A DNA stretch of 64,000 nucleotides from a plasmid, in the sequence record NZ_CP137560.1. The stretch is one strand, 5' to 3'. Shown here piece after piece: positions 30,373 through 41,266 of the stretch. Numbering within the stretch: the first letter of the stretch is position 1; each line of letters opens with the position of its first letter. The notes beneath the pieces were generated by a model. That model was not told the origin of the DNA, ran no database searches, and saw only the letters and a list, made by a program, of their open reading frames with translations. A program made the position numbers and the translations under genes.

Positions 30373-32172
30373 ATGAGTAGTAATAAAATAAATTTAGGTG
30401 AATACATTAGAAATCGCACCATAGAGATTCCATGTTATCAACGTGGATATATTTGGGGTAAGAAACATGATGGTAGCAGGGATTCTGTTACTTATATGCT
30501 TGACACTCTTAAAAAAGGTTTTGATAACAATAAAAAAGATATTTTTGTTCAAGGAATAACCATAGGAAATTCCCTTGATAGCCCTGTGTATAATGTCATT
30601 GATGGACAGCAAAGAAGTACATTCTTTTATCTGTTACTTAAAACTTTAGGTGATAGTGCTTTTAACATTAAATATGAAAGTACTAGAGGTGCAGAATTAG
30701 AGGTTAGTGAGTCACCTCAAAAATGGCTCGATGAATTTTCCGCAGATACTAATTGTGATGAAAATCAGAAGGAACCAACTCAAGATGTGTTTTTTTTCAA
30801 GAAGACGGTTAGATTAATAAAAAGTCATGAACTTTTTAATGACAAGCATCATGATGTTATAGAGTATTTGTATGACCATATTTTCTTCTTAATAATTCCT
30901 ATTCAAGAAAAATTGGCTGTATCTACATTTACTATGATGAATGGTAATAAGGCAAATATGGCTGATTATGAATTAATTAAAGCTGATTTGCTCCGTCGTG
31001 CTTCATTGGGTACTGGTGGTTATACAAATAAGATGGCAAGTGAATGGGACAATATTTCTTTACGAAGCCGTTACGCCCATGAATGGGATAGATGGCTTCA
31101 TTGGTGGAATCAGAAAGAAGTACAGCAAATGTATAACTGCAGTAATCCAATGGGTTGGCTGTTGAAAACTGTCTTTGATGTTAAAAATGAGTCTGACAAT
31201 CTCTTCCGTGCTTATGAAAACTATCTTGATTCAACTAAAAATGTAGCCAAAGCTGCCAAAAACTTGTTCGGACAGTTACGAGATTGCCAACATCGTTTCG
31301 AAATAGCTTATACAGATGCTGTTCAATATAATCAATTTGGAATCATCATGCGCTTTATAGATCGACCTGAAGATAAGATAAAGTTTATAAAGAATCAGTT
31401 TGCTTCATCGACAGTGCCTGATGTTGAAGTTAAAGACTTGCATACGTTATATAATTTGCTTTTGCTTGGATTTACATATACTATGATTTCTAAGAATGAT
31501 TTAGACCAGGATTATGTTGGTAAATATTTAAAGGCAATTACTGATGGCAACCTTTATCATACAGGAAGCGAGTTGGCCTACCGTTATCTGTTAGTTCGTA
31601 ATGTTGAAAGGGATTCGGAATTAGATAGAAAATTCGATTTTTCTATTTGGAGTAACCGTTCTCTGGAACATGTATATCCCAAATCCAAGGTTTTACATGT
31701 TGAGAATAATGAAATTCTAGGTGGTGATGGTAAATTGCATCCTGAGTTTGAGGGACTTAAAATAACAAAAAAGGGAGAATTTATTCAAACTTCAAGTATT
31801 GAGAAATCTTATCAGATGGACACATTTATATCAAGGGCTTCTATAGAAAATGCTTGGAATACTTATCAAGCTGAATTTGGTCAATATGAAAATGTACAAG
31901 TAGATAGCATATCAGAACATAGCTTAGGAAATTTGTTGCTCCTTTATAAAAACAACAATTCTTCTTTTGGTAATAAGATGCCAGAAGATAAAAGAAAGAG
32001 TTATTTTGAATTGAATAAGGATGATATGTTTGCCAGTCGTCATCTTTTACATACAGTATTCTCATTTGGTCGCTTTGAGAAATTTGACCAAAATGCAATC
32101 TGCGAAAATCAGAAGGATGCTATTTTAGATATAGCCAAGCGAATACATGAAGTTGAACCTTTATTAAATTAA
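30373..32172 (+). CDS. DUF262 (ParB/Srx-like NTPase) + DUF1524 (His-Me finger nuclease) protein; GmrSD/SspE-like type IV restriction-type enzyme.
   Basis: N-terminal IPCYQRGYIW and IDGQQRSTFFYLL (the DGQQR hallmark). C-terminal SLEHVYPKS plus LGNLLLLYKNNNSSFGNK (DUF1524). Confidence 0.75.
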   Translation: MSSNKINLGEYIRNRTIEIPCYQRGYIWGKKHDGSRDSVTYMLDTLKKGFDNNKKDIFVQGITIGNSLDSPVYNVIDGQQRSTFFYLLLKTLGDSAFNIKYESTRGAELEVSESPQKWLDEFSADTNCDENQKEPTQDVFFFKKTVRLIKSHELFNDKHHDVIEYLYDHIFFLIIPIQEKLAVSTFTMMNGNKANMADYELIKADLLRRASLGTGGYTNKMASEWDNISLRSRYAHEWDRWLHWWNQKEVQQMYNCSNPMGWLLKTVFDVKNESDNLFRAYENYLDSTKNVAKAAKNLFGQLRDCQHRFEIAYTDAVQYNQFGIIMRFIDRPEDKIKFIKNQFASSTVPDVEVKDLHTLYNLLLLGFTYTMISKNDLDQDYVGKYLKAITDGNLYHTGSELAYRYLLVRNVERDSELDRKFDFSIWSNRSLEHVYPKSKVLHVENNEILGGDGKLHPEFEGLKITKKGEFIQTSSIEKSYQMDTFISRASIENAWNTYQAEFGQYENVQVDSISEHSLGNLLLLYKNNNSSFGNKMPEDKRKSYFELNKDDMFASRHLLHTVFSFGRFEKFDQNAICENQKDAILDIAKRIHEVEPLLN

Positions 32173-32178
32173 ACAAAA

Positions 32179-34551
32179 ATGAATGACATTAATGAAAAGA
32201 TTGGATATAAACTCCAATCCAGCCATTTATACAATATGGAAGGGTTGTTTGTAAATTCAGACAATGCCAAAATAGTCATACCCGATTTGCAAAGAGAATA
32301 TTGTTGGGGTACCGTTGGAAGTTTAGTTTCAGACTTTGTTTCAAATTTAATTACGCATTTCACTAATAATAAGTCCGAAGAACTTATTATGGGACTCATT
32401 TATGGATATTACGAAAAAGAGCGTCCATACTTACAATTATGTGATGGTCAACAGCGTTTGACTACACTATATTTGCTAATGGGCATGCTCAATCTATATT
32501 CATTAAAAAATGAATTTAAAGATTATCTTATTTCTGATTTTGAGTTAAAAGACGATGATAAGGAACCTACTTTGTTGTATGCAATAAGAGATTCCTCATT
32601 ATATTTTTTGTCAGATTTAGTATGCCATTTTTTTATTGATTCAGATTTTGTTAGCAATGAATCTCCATCAGATTATATTATGAGTAGACCATGGTGGTTT
32701 GTAGAATATAATGAAGACCCAACTATAAAAAGCATGTTAGCTGCATTAAATACAATACAGACTTTGATAAAAGAAAACTTTTCTGACGATATAAATAAGA
32801 TAAGTCTTTTTGGTCATTATGTTGCTAGCCAGCTTCTTTTTATCTATTATGATATGGGAGGCCGTGAAGAAGGAGAGGAAACTTTCGTGATCATCAACAC
32901 TACAGGTGAGCCATTGTCCTCAACTGAGAACTTAAAACCTCTTGTTGTGACAAATGGAACAGAGAATGAAAAAGTTTGGAAGAAGAATAGTGCAATTTGG
33001 GAAAAAATTGACAACTATTTTTGGCAATATGAAAACCGAGCAGAAAATTCTGACACATCAGATGCCGGAATGTACGAGTTTTTGAGGATTGTTGCAGCTC
33101 TATACAATCCCATGGATGCTATGCTTGAATATTTATCTGAGGATAAGTATTTTTTCCCATACAAAGATATTACTGTGGATATGATAGATTCTGTTTTTTC
33201 AGTATATAAGTCTATTGCTGATAATCCTGCATTGAAGGAAAATTGTGACCTTTTGAATCTCTCAGATAAAGCAATTGTGGGGAAAAAGAAGACTTTGAAG
33301 GATTATTTTGTTGTTTTACCAGTTTTGGCCTTTATGCTTCATGCGAAAAATCCTTCAGATTTAGATATAGAGAGAGTATATAGACTATTTGAAAATATGA
33401 CTCGTTATACAGATATAAATAGTAAATCAAATCAAATTGCAGATGCAATATTGTTGATGGAATATTTCAAGAATATTGCCAATTGTGATGTTTGTACATT
33501 ACTTGATGATACAAGCATTCATGCAAAGAAGATTCTTTCTCCTGAAGAGAGGATGCGTTTAGCTATTTATCGAAAAAATCCGAATTGTCGCCAACAAATA
33601 GAATCAATATTTAACAACCTATCAAGTAGATATTCTAATCTTCTGAAAGGGCGTGTCTCAAATCTTGTAAAATGGTCAGGGGCGCTTTGTTCTGATAATT
33701 TCTTTAGCATTCATGATTTCAAAGTAATCACAGAGAAGTTCGAGAAGATTTTCTTTAATTATAACCAAACTGTATCAGATTTAACGGCCATTTCATATGC
33801 TTGCTTTGCAAATATGAAAGATTATCCTGTTAGCACAAACAGTACAAACTATTCGTTCTTGTATCATTTGACCGATTGGAATGAACGTCTTTTCTCAGAG
33901 AAAAGCAATCTATCACAATTGGCATCAAATTTTGGTGAGTATTTGAATTCTCTTTCCGAGAATAATATTCATGAATCCCAAATCATGATGATTACAAATT
34001 GGTTAAATCAAACTTCTAATGCTTCTAGTGATTTATATTTCTTTATAAAATATTTTGAGAGCATGAACTTCTTTAATGATAATCAGGGAAATATTAAATT
34101 TAATGATGGTTTTTGGGGAAGACAGCTTTGCATAAAAGATCCGAGATTCTGTCAAATTATTTATAGTTCTTATAATAATTATAGGGATATATACTTGTAT
34201 GGCAATGATTGGATTGTGAGTGGTGAAAAAGCTTCAAATTGGAAAATCATTAACTGTTACAATGAAAATTCGTATGTGTGCCTCTTCACAGATCATAAAA
34301 AATATGATATAGCCATTGATTTAACTCTAAGTGATGATGCAAGAAATGGTCAAATTTATTTGTTTAAACGTGGTGATATTAATCGTAAACATTTTGATTT
34401 AAGTAAGATTTTTGAATTACCAATGTTTAAGGGCTCAACATCCGAGGATAATGGTCGGAAAACTGTTTTGATGCCAACAACCGAGGTCTTAGCTAATTTC
34501 TCTAAGATAAAAGATGAGATAGACAATGGCTTATCTTGTAAAATTAGTTAA
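32179..34551 (+). CDS. Large (790-aa) DUF262-domain protein with no recognisable nuclease domain. Partner of the upstream DUF262-DUF1524 gene.
   Basis: IPDLQREYCW and CDGQQRLTTLYLLMG. Its start lies 7 nt after the upstream gene's stop, so the two are probably co-transcribed. Confidence 0.65.
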   Translation: MNDINEKIGYKLQSSHLYNMEGLFVNSDNAKIVIPDLQREYCWGTVGSLVSDFVSNLITHFTNNKSEELIMGLIYGYYEKERPYLQLCDGQQRLTTLYLLMGMLNLYSLKNEFKDYLISDFELKDDDKEPTLLYAIRDSSLYFLSDLVCHFFIDSDFVSNESPSDYIMSRPWWFVEYNEDPTIKSMLAALNTIQTLIKENFSDDINKISLFGHYVASQLLFIYYDMGGREEGEETFVIINTTGEPLSSTENLKPLVVTNGTENEKVWKKNSAIWEKIDNYFWQYENRAENSDTSDAGMYEFLRIVAALYNPMDAMLEYLSEDKYFFPYKDITVDMIDSVFSVYKSIADNPALKENCDLLNLSDKAIVGKKKTLKDYFVVLPVLAFMLHAKNPSDLDIERVYRLFENMTRYTDINSKSNQIADAILLMEYFKNIANCDVCTLLDDTSIHAKKILSPEERMRLAIYRKNPNCRQQIESIFNNLSSRYSNLLKGRVSNLVKWSGALCSDNFFSIHDFKVITEKFEKIFFNYNQTVSDLTAISYACFANMKDYPVSTNSTNYSFLYHLTDWNERLFSEKSNLSQLASNFGEYLNSLSENNIHESQIMMITNWLNQTSNASSDLYFFIKYFESMNFFNDNQGNIKFNDGFWGRQLCIKDPRFCQIIYSSYNNYRDIYLYGNDWIVSGEKASNWKIINCYNENSYVCLFTDHKKYDIAIDLTLSDDARNGQIYLFKRGDINRKHFDLSKIFELPMFKGSTSEDNGRKTVLMPTTEVLANFSKIKDEIDNGLSCKIS

Positions 34552-34738
34552 TAGAATAATGTTACATACATCCATCAACCTGCTGGTTTCAATTAACATC
34601 AAATGTAATGAAGAATATGTTTTTCAAATGTTCTTAGATGTGAGGGAAATATAATATACAGCTTTAAAGACTACTATCTGTGTTCAATGTAAATTTGAAC
34701 TAGATGGTAGTCTTTTTCAAACATTTTTTGGAAATCCA

Positions 34739-35470
34739 TCATTTAAAAGGTTTATCACGTTGTTGTTTGGATCGTTCAGCACTAACGTTATGTGAGCAAT
34801 AATCAGCGTCTCTAAAAATTCCATCATTGCCAGGAATGTGATAATATATATCTGTATTTCTGGCTCTACAATATTGACTCTTTTCCATCAATATCTTCAC
34901 GGCTTTTCGTGCTACTTTTGGATCTTGAGAGAATTTGCCATATTGCATTTCTTGTCTCCAAGGTGTCTGTTCTAACTCATAATTGAAAGTATCACTCAGC
35001 TGAACTGGGATGGCAGTTGTTGCTTCTATGCCGTAGCACCCATAGAAAAAGTGACGCAAAAGGTTGATGACTCGTTTAAAGATACCTTTACCTCTAAATT
35101 CAGGAAGGACTTCTATCTTATTAATTACCAATATATTGGAATTCATTTGGCATTCAAAAACAAGATTCTCATACTTTTCATTCAAGTTAGTTGTATTTGG
35201 ATCAAAAAATTCCTTATAAACTTGGAACTGATTGGATTCCATAAATGACTGCATGAGTACGTCTGGCTCTTTGTATTTTTGCGCTCGTTCAACGAGATAC
35301 AGTCCAACTGATCCTTTACCGGCTACCTCTTCGAAGTTCGGGTCATTCGGCTGGAGATCCTTATTACAATAAATAATCTCAAAATTGTAATGATTATAGT
35401 GGTCTTCCATGATATCATCTTCAGTGATTCCTGTTGAAATTTTAAGTTGAATTGCCATTGATTTATACAT
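34739..35470 (-). CDS. GNAT-like acetyltransferase-fold protein (tentative).
   Basis: LVINKIEVLPEFRGKGIFKRVI resembles GNAT motif A (R/Q-x-x-G-x-G/A). Confidence 0.4.
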   Translation of the reverse strand: MYKSMAIQLKISTGITEDDIMEDHYNHYNFEIIYCNKDLQPNDPNFEEVAGKGSVGLYLVERAQKYKEPDVLMQSFMESNQFQVYKEFFDPNTTNLNEKYENLVFECQMNSNILVINKIEVLPEFRGKGIFKRVINLLRHFFYGCYGIEATTAIPVQLSDTFNYELEQTPWRQEMQYGKFSQDPKVARKAVKILMEKSQYCRARNTDIYYHIPGNDGIFRDADYCSHNVSAERSKQQRDKPFK

Positions 35471-35599
35471 TTAAGTGAATACTTTGTTATTCAGCTTATT
35501 AAAGCCTTATAACTTATCGGGTACAAAGGTAGTGGGTATAGTTCTATCCACCAAAATTCGCAGAATTAATCCCCTAATTTAACACTTTTGAATGTTTTG

Positions 35600-36118
35600 G
35601 TCTGAAAGAGGGTGGCTATAAGTTTAGCAATATTTATTTGAACTACCCACAAGCTAAAGACTTGTGGGATTCCGACTTCTTCAAGGAATGTTTGCATGCA
35701 AGTCTTACGCACTCTCCATCGGTGTAATCGACAGTTCCTGCCGATATCCTTGAAGCTAAAGATACAATCTGCGCAGAATATGAGGAAGCTTGTAATAAGA
35801 AATTTGAAGAAGAGATAAAAACATTTATCAATACAAATTTCCAAGAGCAAAAACCAGAGATAGGTGACAACATTGTTTGTACCTTTAGTTACAATGGAGT
35901 TTTAATGTTAGTCCACCCTATGTGTTGTGATGGGGGAATGGAGTATTAAAGCTTCTGTTAAAGGAAACCAAGGAAGCATCAAACCTGCACAGGAATTGTT
36001 CAGAAAACTTAGAGGAAATACCAAAACTGGTTATTTATTAGTCTCAGAAGACACTGTTGCTTCTAAGATAGAACTGGCGTTATCCTTTTCTGACGGATAT
36101 GTAGGGAATCTTAAATAG
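35600..36118 (+). pseudogene. Possible frameshifted small gene.
   Basis: Two adjacent + strand reading frames (...DNIVCTFSYNGVLMLVHPMCCDGGMEY* then WSIKASVKGNQGS...YVGNLK*) that would be contiguous with a 1-nt shift. Confidence 0.25.
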
Positions 36119-36182
36119 CTAAAATTTGTCCCGAAGACATTTTTGCTCCTCTCTTTTGAGATTAAAGAGAGGAGTTATCTTT

Positions 36183-37316
36183 TTATGCTTGCGTTTTTAC
36201 CTTTTGGAGTCGGTCTACTACCTTATAGCCCCTTCCATATCGTTTTCCTTTAATTCCTATGAGACCACCTTCATAGTAGTTTACGATGGAACTTCTATGT
36301 AGTTTACCAATGATGGCTTTGAGGCTATCTTCCTTGATATCTGGTCTATATTGGATGATGTCATTTAAGATGGATTCTCTTGTTTGTGGCTGATTGTATT
36401 TGGTCAATACTATTTCTACCGCTTTGGCTATGGAGATGCTTTGTGTTTCCAGTTCCTTTTCAGTGAGTGTAATTCCTTCAGGAGTTGCAGCGATAAGCTC
36501 TTCTTTTTTGGCTAGCAAGGTGAAAGAAATTGTATCGATGTCAAGATTGATGCCAAGAATGTCGGAAATGATACTTTTAAGGACGAATATAAAGAGTTCG
36601 CTATCTTTTCCTTTCAAGGATGTTTCCATTTTCCAATATCGTTTTTTGAAAGATAAACTGGTGAGGTCATCTAACTGCTCTTTGGTAACTTCTGCTTTAC
36701 CTAAAAGACGGTTGTTTGCGACATTTAAGAATGATGTGAAAGAAAATGAGGCAAACTGATTAGGGATAAGTAGGGTATAGATATGGTCATCATTCTCCTG
36801 AGCTTTTGGCTTTTTTAAGTTAATCATGCTCATACCTTTGACCAAAGCGATTAAAAATGCCATGCTTGCATAAGAGAGGGATGTTTGTTCATCAAGGCAG
36901 ATTCCTTTGTAATCAATGTTCTTCTCAGAAATATAATTCATGGAGAATAGGCCATAGCTTGGCCATTGTGAGGAATGGAGCAAGGAAATGAGATTGGCAT
37001 CATCAGGAAGACCAAGACCTCTATTGACGCTATCCACATATCGGCGCATGTTCTCCACCTCATCCCAAGTGGAAGGTAGCTCAGCTTCTGATGGGGCTGA
37101 TTCTCTTATTCCTGCAATGATACCCATTCTGATAACATCTGGAGATGTGGAGATTTGCAGGTAATTTACGAGTTTTGCAAACAAATTTGGCTGCCAGTTC
37201 ATTGACTCACCTGGTGCTTGATCAAAGAAATCGTCAAGATTGCTATCGTATTCTATATAATTTTGGCCCATAAAATAATTTTGTGATCTTGTACTAATAA
37301 TGTTTTCTTGGTGCAA
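36183..37316 (-). CDS. Hypothetical 377-aa protein.
   Basis: Long ORF; no recognised motifs. Confidence 0.5.
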   Translation of the reverse strand: MHQENIISTRSQNYFMGQNYIEYDSNLDDFFDQAPGESMNWQPNLFAKLVNYLQISTSPDVIRMGIIAGIRESAPSEAELPSTWDEVENMRRYVDSVNRGLGLPDDANLISLLHSSQWPSYGLFSMNYISEKNIDYKGICLDEQTSLSYASMAFLIALVKGMSMINLKKPKAQENDDHIYTLLIPNQFASFSFTSFLNVANNRLLGKAEVTKEQLDDLTSLSFKKRYWKMETSLKGKDSELFIFVLKSIISDILGINLDIDTISFTLLAKKEELIAATPEGITLTEKELETQSISIAKAVEIVLTKYNQPQTRESILNDIIQYRPDIKEDSLKAIIGKLHRSSIVNYYEGGLIGIKGKRYGRGYKVVDRLQKVKTQA

Positions 37317-37787
37317 AAGTAATAAAAATGAATGAGAATGCCAAGCTTATAGCTAAGTTTTTATCCGTCTTACCCTCTTTGCCAGAATTCCTTTTTAACA
37401 ATCTGACTTCAAATCAGATCGTGAAGAGTCCGCAAACAACGGATGACCATGATATACCTTCCCTGATAAGGCTATTATCTTTGTGACGGGTTAGATCTCT
37501 TTTACAAATTAACTTCATGTCATGGGAGGCTATGGAAGTCAGTATGGGTAAAACTCGAACAGGAAAGTATACTGAAAGTGACATTTGCGCTTTTACGCAA
37601 GTGCAGTATGTAGTGTGCCTGCCAATACTGTTTTTTACTTATTCCTCCAATTATAGTTACCCTATGCGAGGGAAATCTTTTTCGTTTTATAGAAAATACT
37701 TTGAATCTAAACACGAAATAAGCTTTTTTTATATGGATTGAAAAGAAATAACCAAATAAGGGTGTGTCATAAGTCCATGACGCACCC

Positions 37788-40505
37788 TTATTTGGTTATC
37801 GAGTGTTTAGTTTTCAAGGCATGATGAGGACTAGGAAGTTCATTGGATGACTCCTTATTAGCTCCTTGCTTGTTATCGGCAGCCAAGTTCTCTTGGCTTT
37901 CCACGATGCCATTGCCATCTACATCTTGCTCGATGGGAGTGGTACTTCTTAGGTCAATGCTTTTTCCATAGTTCTCCGATGTGCTTGCCTTTTCTGCATA
38001 CTGAAAGATGATTCCAGTGGAGCGTTCGGCTGCCGCAAGAGCATTCTTGGTGAACGATGGATTATCTTGGAGGAGTTCTTTCCAAAACTTATTATGGCTC
38101 AAGCTTCGTACCTCAAACTGATACTTCTGGCCAATCATGGCACTACCGATATGGGCAAGCAAATCTTCCTTAACCAGATTCTCATAACTAGTTATCTGGC
38201 TCTCCCTGATTCTAGTACTTCTCATAAGGCCTATCGAGAGGTCTCTATAAAAGTCATCCTGTCTATCATAGCAGTGTTGAGGTGACAGATGGATACAATC
38301 TTCCTTACTGCTATAGCTGGCAATATCCTTTTTACCATCAAAGTGGATGTTGGCAGGGTAGGATCCCACCTCCTTCAATCTTAAAAGGGAAGACACACTT
38401 GCCTGGTCTTGCTGGCCAAAGCGTGATTTCAACCATTCCCATCTTGACGGGTCTCTCTGGGGAAGGTCAGTTTGCTCTATATTATACAGCAGCAGGATGC
38501 CCTGTCCTGTGATGAGAGGAAACGGCTCTTTTCTCATATCAACTCTTAAGTTCGCCTTTTGTATCTCTTCTTGGGTGACATACAAAGGTAATTCGTAGCC
38601 TTCCTTTTCCGCCAAAAGTGCCAAGACAAGAGCATCTTTCCCGTGATAGGCATCACCATGAGAAGTGTGAGGTATGGCCTTTGGAGCTTGCAACCAAGGA
38701 ATTTCCGGATAGGTTAATTGCAAGTTTAACTTCTCTGCTATAAGTTTACCATATCGAATATAGGCCTCTTTTTGCTTGAAATCATCAGTGTGCCATCGTC
38801 CTTTCTCCGGAGAAACGAAGGCTTCTGAGAGTTCATGAAGTTGGATAACTTTTTGCCGTGGAGCAGGGGAGGCTGCGTCTTGAGAAAGTCCCTGATAAGC
38901 TTCCACAAGAGACATTACCTTATTCTTATAGTTCGTATAGCTTTGGTTGATTTTGTCTTCCAAATCCTTTCTGTCCTCTGGGCAGAGGAAGCAAACACTA
39001 CCATAATACTCTTCCTCAAGTGATTCATATCGGCTATATAAGTTACTCACCTCACTGCCAGATAAGAGTAGTTCAACGTCTCCTGAAAGGGCATTGCTCT
39101 TGTCTTTCAAGGAGTCAAAGTAGGGTTTGATGTCTTTGATCTCCTCTTTTGTATTATCGTGAACAGGAATGAGTTGTCGCTTTTGTTCCTCCTGAATCCT
39201 CTTCTGTTGAAACTCAAACTTACTCATACGCTTATTCAGTTCATCTTGCCCGCCTAGAATCAAGGATAATTCCTTGGTAAGCATTTGCAGACGTTCTGAA
39301 TGAGCTTTGCTTTCTCTGTTCAAGAGTTTGATTTCTCTTAAACCTTCATCTATCAGCCCCTCACGAATAGACGGATTATCATCTAAAGTAAGGGGTACTT
39401 CTTCATGGTTAGGATTCTTGAAGGCCGACAACTTTCTATTGGAAGATAAAACCAAACCATCAATCATGCCATGAGAAGTAGCGATATGATGGCTTTCCTT
39501 GAGCGCAACAATTGTAATATCACCAATCTTATTACCCATCAAAGTGGTTAGCTTATCCAATTGCGCATCCAAATTCTCTCTGTTAACCAAATTTTTGACG
39601 GCATTGATGAGCTCTTGATAGAGATAAGCATTGCTTGCATTGATGTTAACATGGTGAACTTTGTCACACTTCTCAGCCATATATACTCCAACAACCACCT
39701 CAGAATCACCCGAAAGCGTCCACATTTGAGGAATAATATTTTTTCCAAAATGTTTAGAATAAAGAACTTCTTGCAAGTCTGCTGAGAATGAACCACCTAG
39801 GGTAGGAGGATAGCTACGCCCTATGTCCTTGATTAGTTGTTTGAGTTCAGAGCCAGCTATCCCAATCTTCTCCCTCTCTTGTTTCCATTCCGTGGATTCT
39901 TTATGAGATAAACGCTTGAACTTTTGGGATGATAGCATCGCCTGAAACTCCGCCAATGTCAATTCTTGAAGCTTTGGATTTGAAGCAGGATTGTCATAAG
40001 ATGAGATTGAAACAGTAGGCCCCTTCTGCATATCCCGATGATAGACATCCACCATTATCACAGGATTTGTCTTGCTGCTTGAATTTTTAAAAAACTTACC
40101 AACCAAATCAGTTCCCACCTTATCCTCGATGATGGTTTCATAGTGTGAGGGGATATGATAGCCTTCTACCTTCAAAATTTGCAAACGTTCAGCTTGCCTT
40201 GTCTTTGTGTCAGCTTGCGGGACTCCATCAATCCAGGTGGTGAGAATACCATCCTTCCATTTTACTCCAGGCAGTTTCTTATCCCATTGAGCCTTATCTC
40301 TAGCCCATTTGCTCAACTGAATCGCCCATTTTTCCAGGATATTCAGCTCTTCCGTGGAAGAAGAGAGAAAATCTACTTCCTCAGAAGAAAAGAAGTGATC
40401 CTTGGGAAAAGGTTTCTTCTCACCGGTTGCTTCGCCTTTACCAAAGATAGACTGCCATCCCATGACGAACCGTTCCCCCAAACTTTTATTCATTGTATTG
40501 TTCAT
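37788..40505 (-). CDS. Large (905-aa) protein with a C-proximal ArdC-N-like (DUF1738) ssDNA-binding-type domain.
   Basis: HGKDALVLALLAEKEGYELPLYVTQEEIQKANLRVDMRKEPFP resembles the ArdC N-terminal domain pattern (GY..P.W.T..Q....G..V.KGE). Confidence 0.5.
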   Translation of the reverse strand: MNNTMNKSLGERFVMGWQSIFGKGEATGEKKPFPKDHFFSSEEVDFLSSSTEELNILEKWAIQLSKWARDKAQWDKKLPGVKWKDGILTTWIDGVPQADTKTRQAERLQILKVEGYHIPSHYETIIEDKVGTDLVGKFFKNSSSKTNPVIMVDVYHRDMQKGPTVSISSYDNPASNPKLQELTLAEFQAMLSSQKFKRLSHKESTEWKQEREKIGIAGSELKQLIKDIGRSYPPTLGGSFSADLQEVLYSKHFGKNIIPQMWTLSGDSEVVVGVYMAEKCDKVHHVNINASNAYLYQELINAVKNLVNRENLDAQLDKLTTLMGNKIGDITIVALKESHHIATSHGMIDGLVLSSNRKLSAFKNPNHEEVPLTLDDNPSIREGLIDEGLREIKLLNRESKAHSERLQMLTKELSLILGGQDELNKRMSKFEFQQKRIQEEQKRQLIPVHDNTKEEIKDIKPYFDSLKDKSNALSGDVELLLSGSEVSNLYSRYESLEEEYYGSVCFLCPEDRKDLEDKINQSYTNYKNKVMSLVEAYQGLSQDAASPAPRQKVIQLHELSEAFVSPEKGRWHTDDFKQKEAYIRYGKLIAEKLNLQLTYPEIPWLQAPKAIPHTSHGDAYHGKDALVLALLAEKEGYELPLYVTQEEIQKANLRVDMRKEPFPLITGQGILLLYNIEQTDLPQRDPSRWEWLKSRFGQQDQASVSSLLRLKEVGSYPANIHFDGKKDIASYSSKEDCIHLSPQHCYDRQDDFYRDLSIGLMRSTRIRESQITSYENLVKEDLLAHIGSAMIGQKYQFEVRSLSHNKFWKELLQDNPSFTKNALAAAERSTGIIFQYAEKASTSENYGKSIDLRSTTPIEQDVDGNGIVESQENLAADNKQGANKESSNELPSPHHALKTKHSITK

Positions 40506-40616
40506 ACTTGCTTTATGCGAAAGAGCAGATAGGGATGATTGCCAAAGCTATGGTAGGGACCATTATGACGAGGCAAGCATTTCCCTATCTGGAAGTTATA
40601 TGTTCTTTAAAACTTG

Positions 40617-41231
40617 CTAATTAGCATTCCCGGAAACGTTTAAGTCCCAAGGGCAGATGGTGGAAACACGACAACCTATCTGCAGACTGTTCTTATATAC
40701 GTCTAACAACAAATCACCATGAACTTCCACATACTCACCAGCCTTGGCTGCATAATCAAGGAATTGGTTCAAGGTGAACTTAACCCAAGTGAAGGCACGT
40801 TTTTCGCCATCCTTATCGGCAGAGAATGCAGAGAAAGTCTTGAACGTTCCGCCGTTCTTGGTAGGGTAGCTCTCCAAGCCTTTTTTGCCAATTTTACCCT
40901 TAAACTCCATCTTGCCCTCAATCTTGTCGGCCTGTGATGTATCATTCTCTTTGATATCACCTTCTGCTCTTAGATTATAGTAGAGGGTATCTTCTACTTT
41001 CTTGATGTAGAGATTGCCTTGGATGGTGACCTTTTTACCAGCTGCATATTTGGCTGCAGTTGACGCATTACCTTCGGTTGTTACACCAATATGGAGCTCT
41101 TTTACACTCTTGTCTCGTCCCTCTATAGGAACCACGATAGTGAAGGCGAGGAACTTGCCACCTTTCTTGTTAGTTTTTTCCTGGGCACTGCTTACAATGA
41201 TGCCACAGGCTGTGATGTTACATTTGATCAT
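40617..41231 (-). CDS. SSB-like OB-fold protein (tentative; possibly a tandem OB fold).
   Basis: The N-terminus ITACGIIVS...KKGGKFLAFTIVV and a second block GTFKTFSAFSADKDGEKRAFTWVKFTL resemble SSB beta-strands. It sits between ArdC-like genes. Confidence 0.35.
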   Translation of the reverse strand: MIKCNITACGIIVSSAQEKTNKKGGKFLAFTIVVPIEGRDKSVKELHIGVTTEGNASTAAKYAAGKKVTIQGNLYIKKVEDTLYYNLRAEGDIKENDTSQADKIEGKMEFKGKIGKKGLESYPTKNGGTFKTFSAFSADKDGEKRAFTWVKFTLNQFLDYAAKAGEYVEVHGDLLLDVYKNSLQIGCRVSTICPWDLNVSGNAN

Positions 41232-41266
41232 TATTCTTAGTCTATTAAATGATGAATATTCAATTA

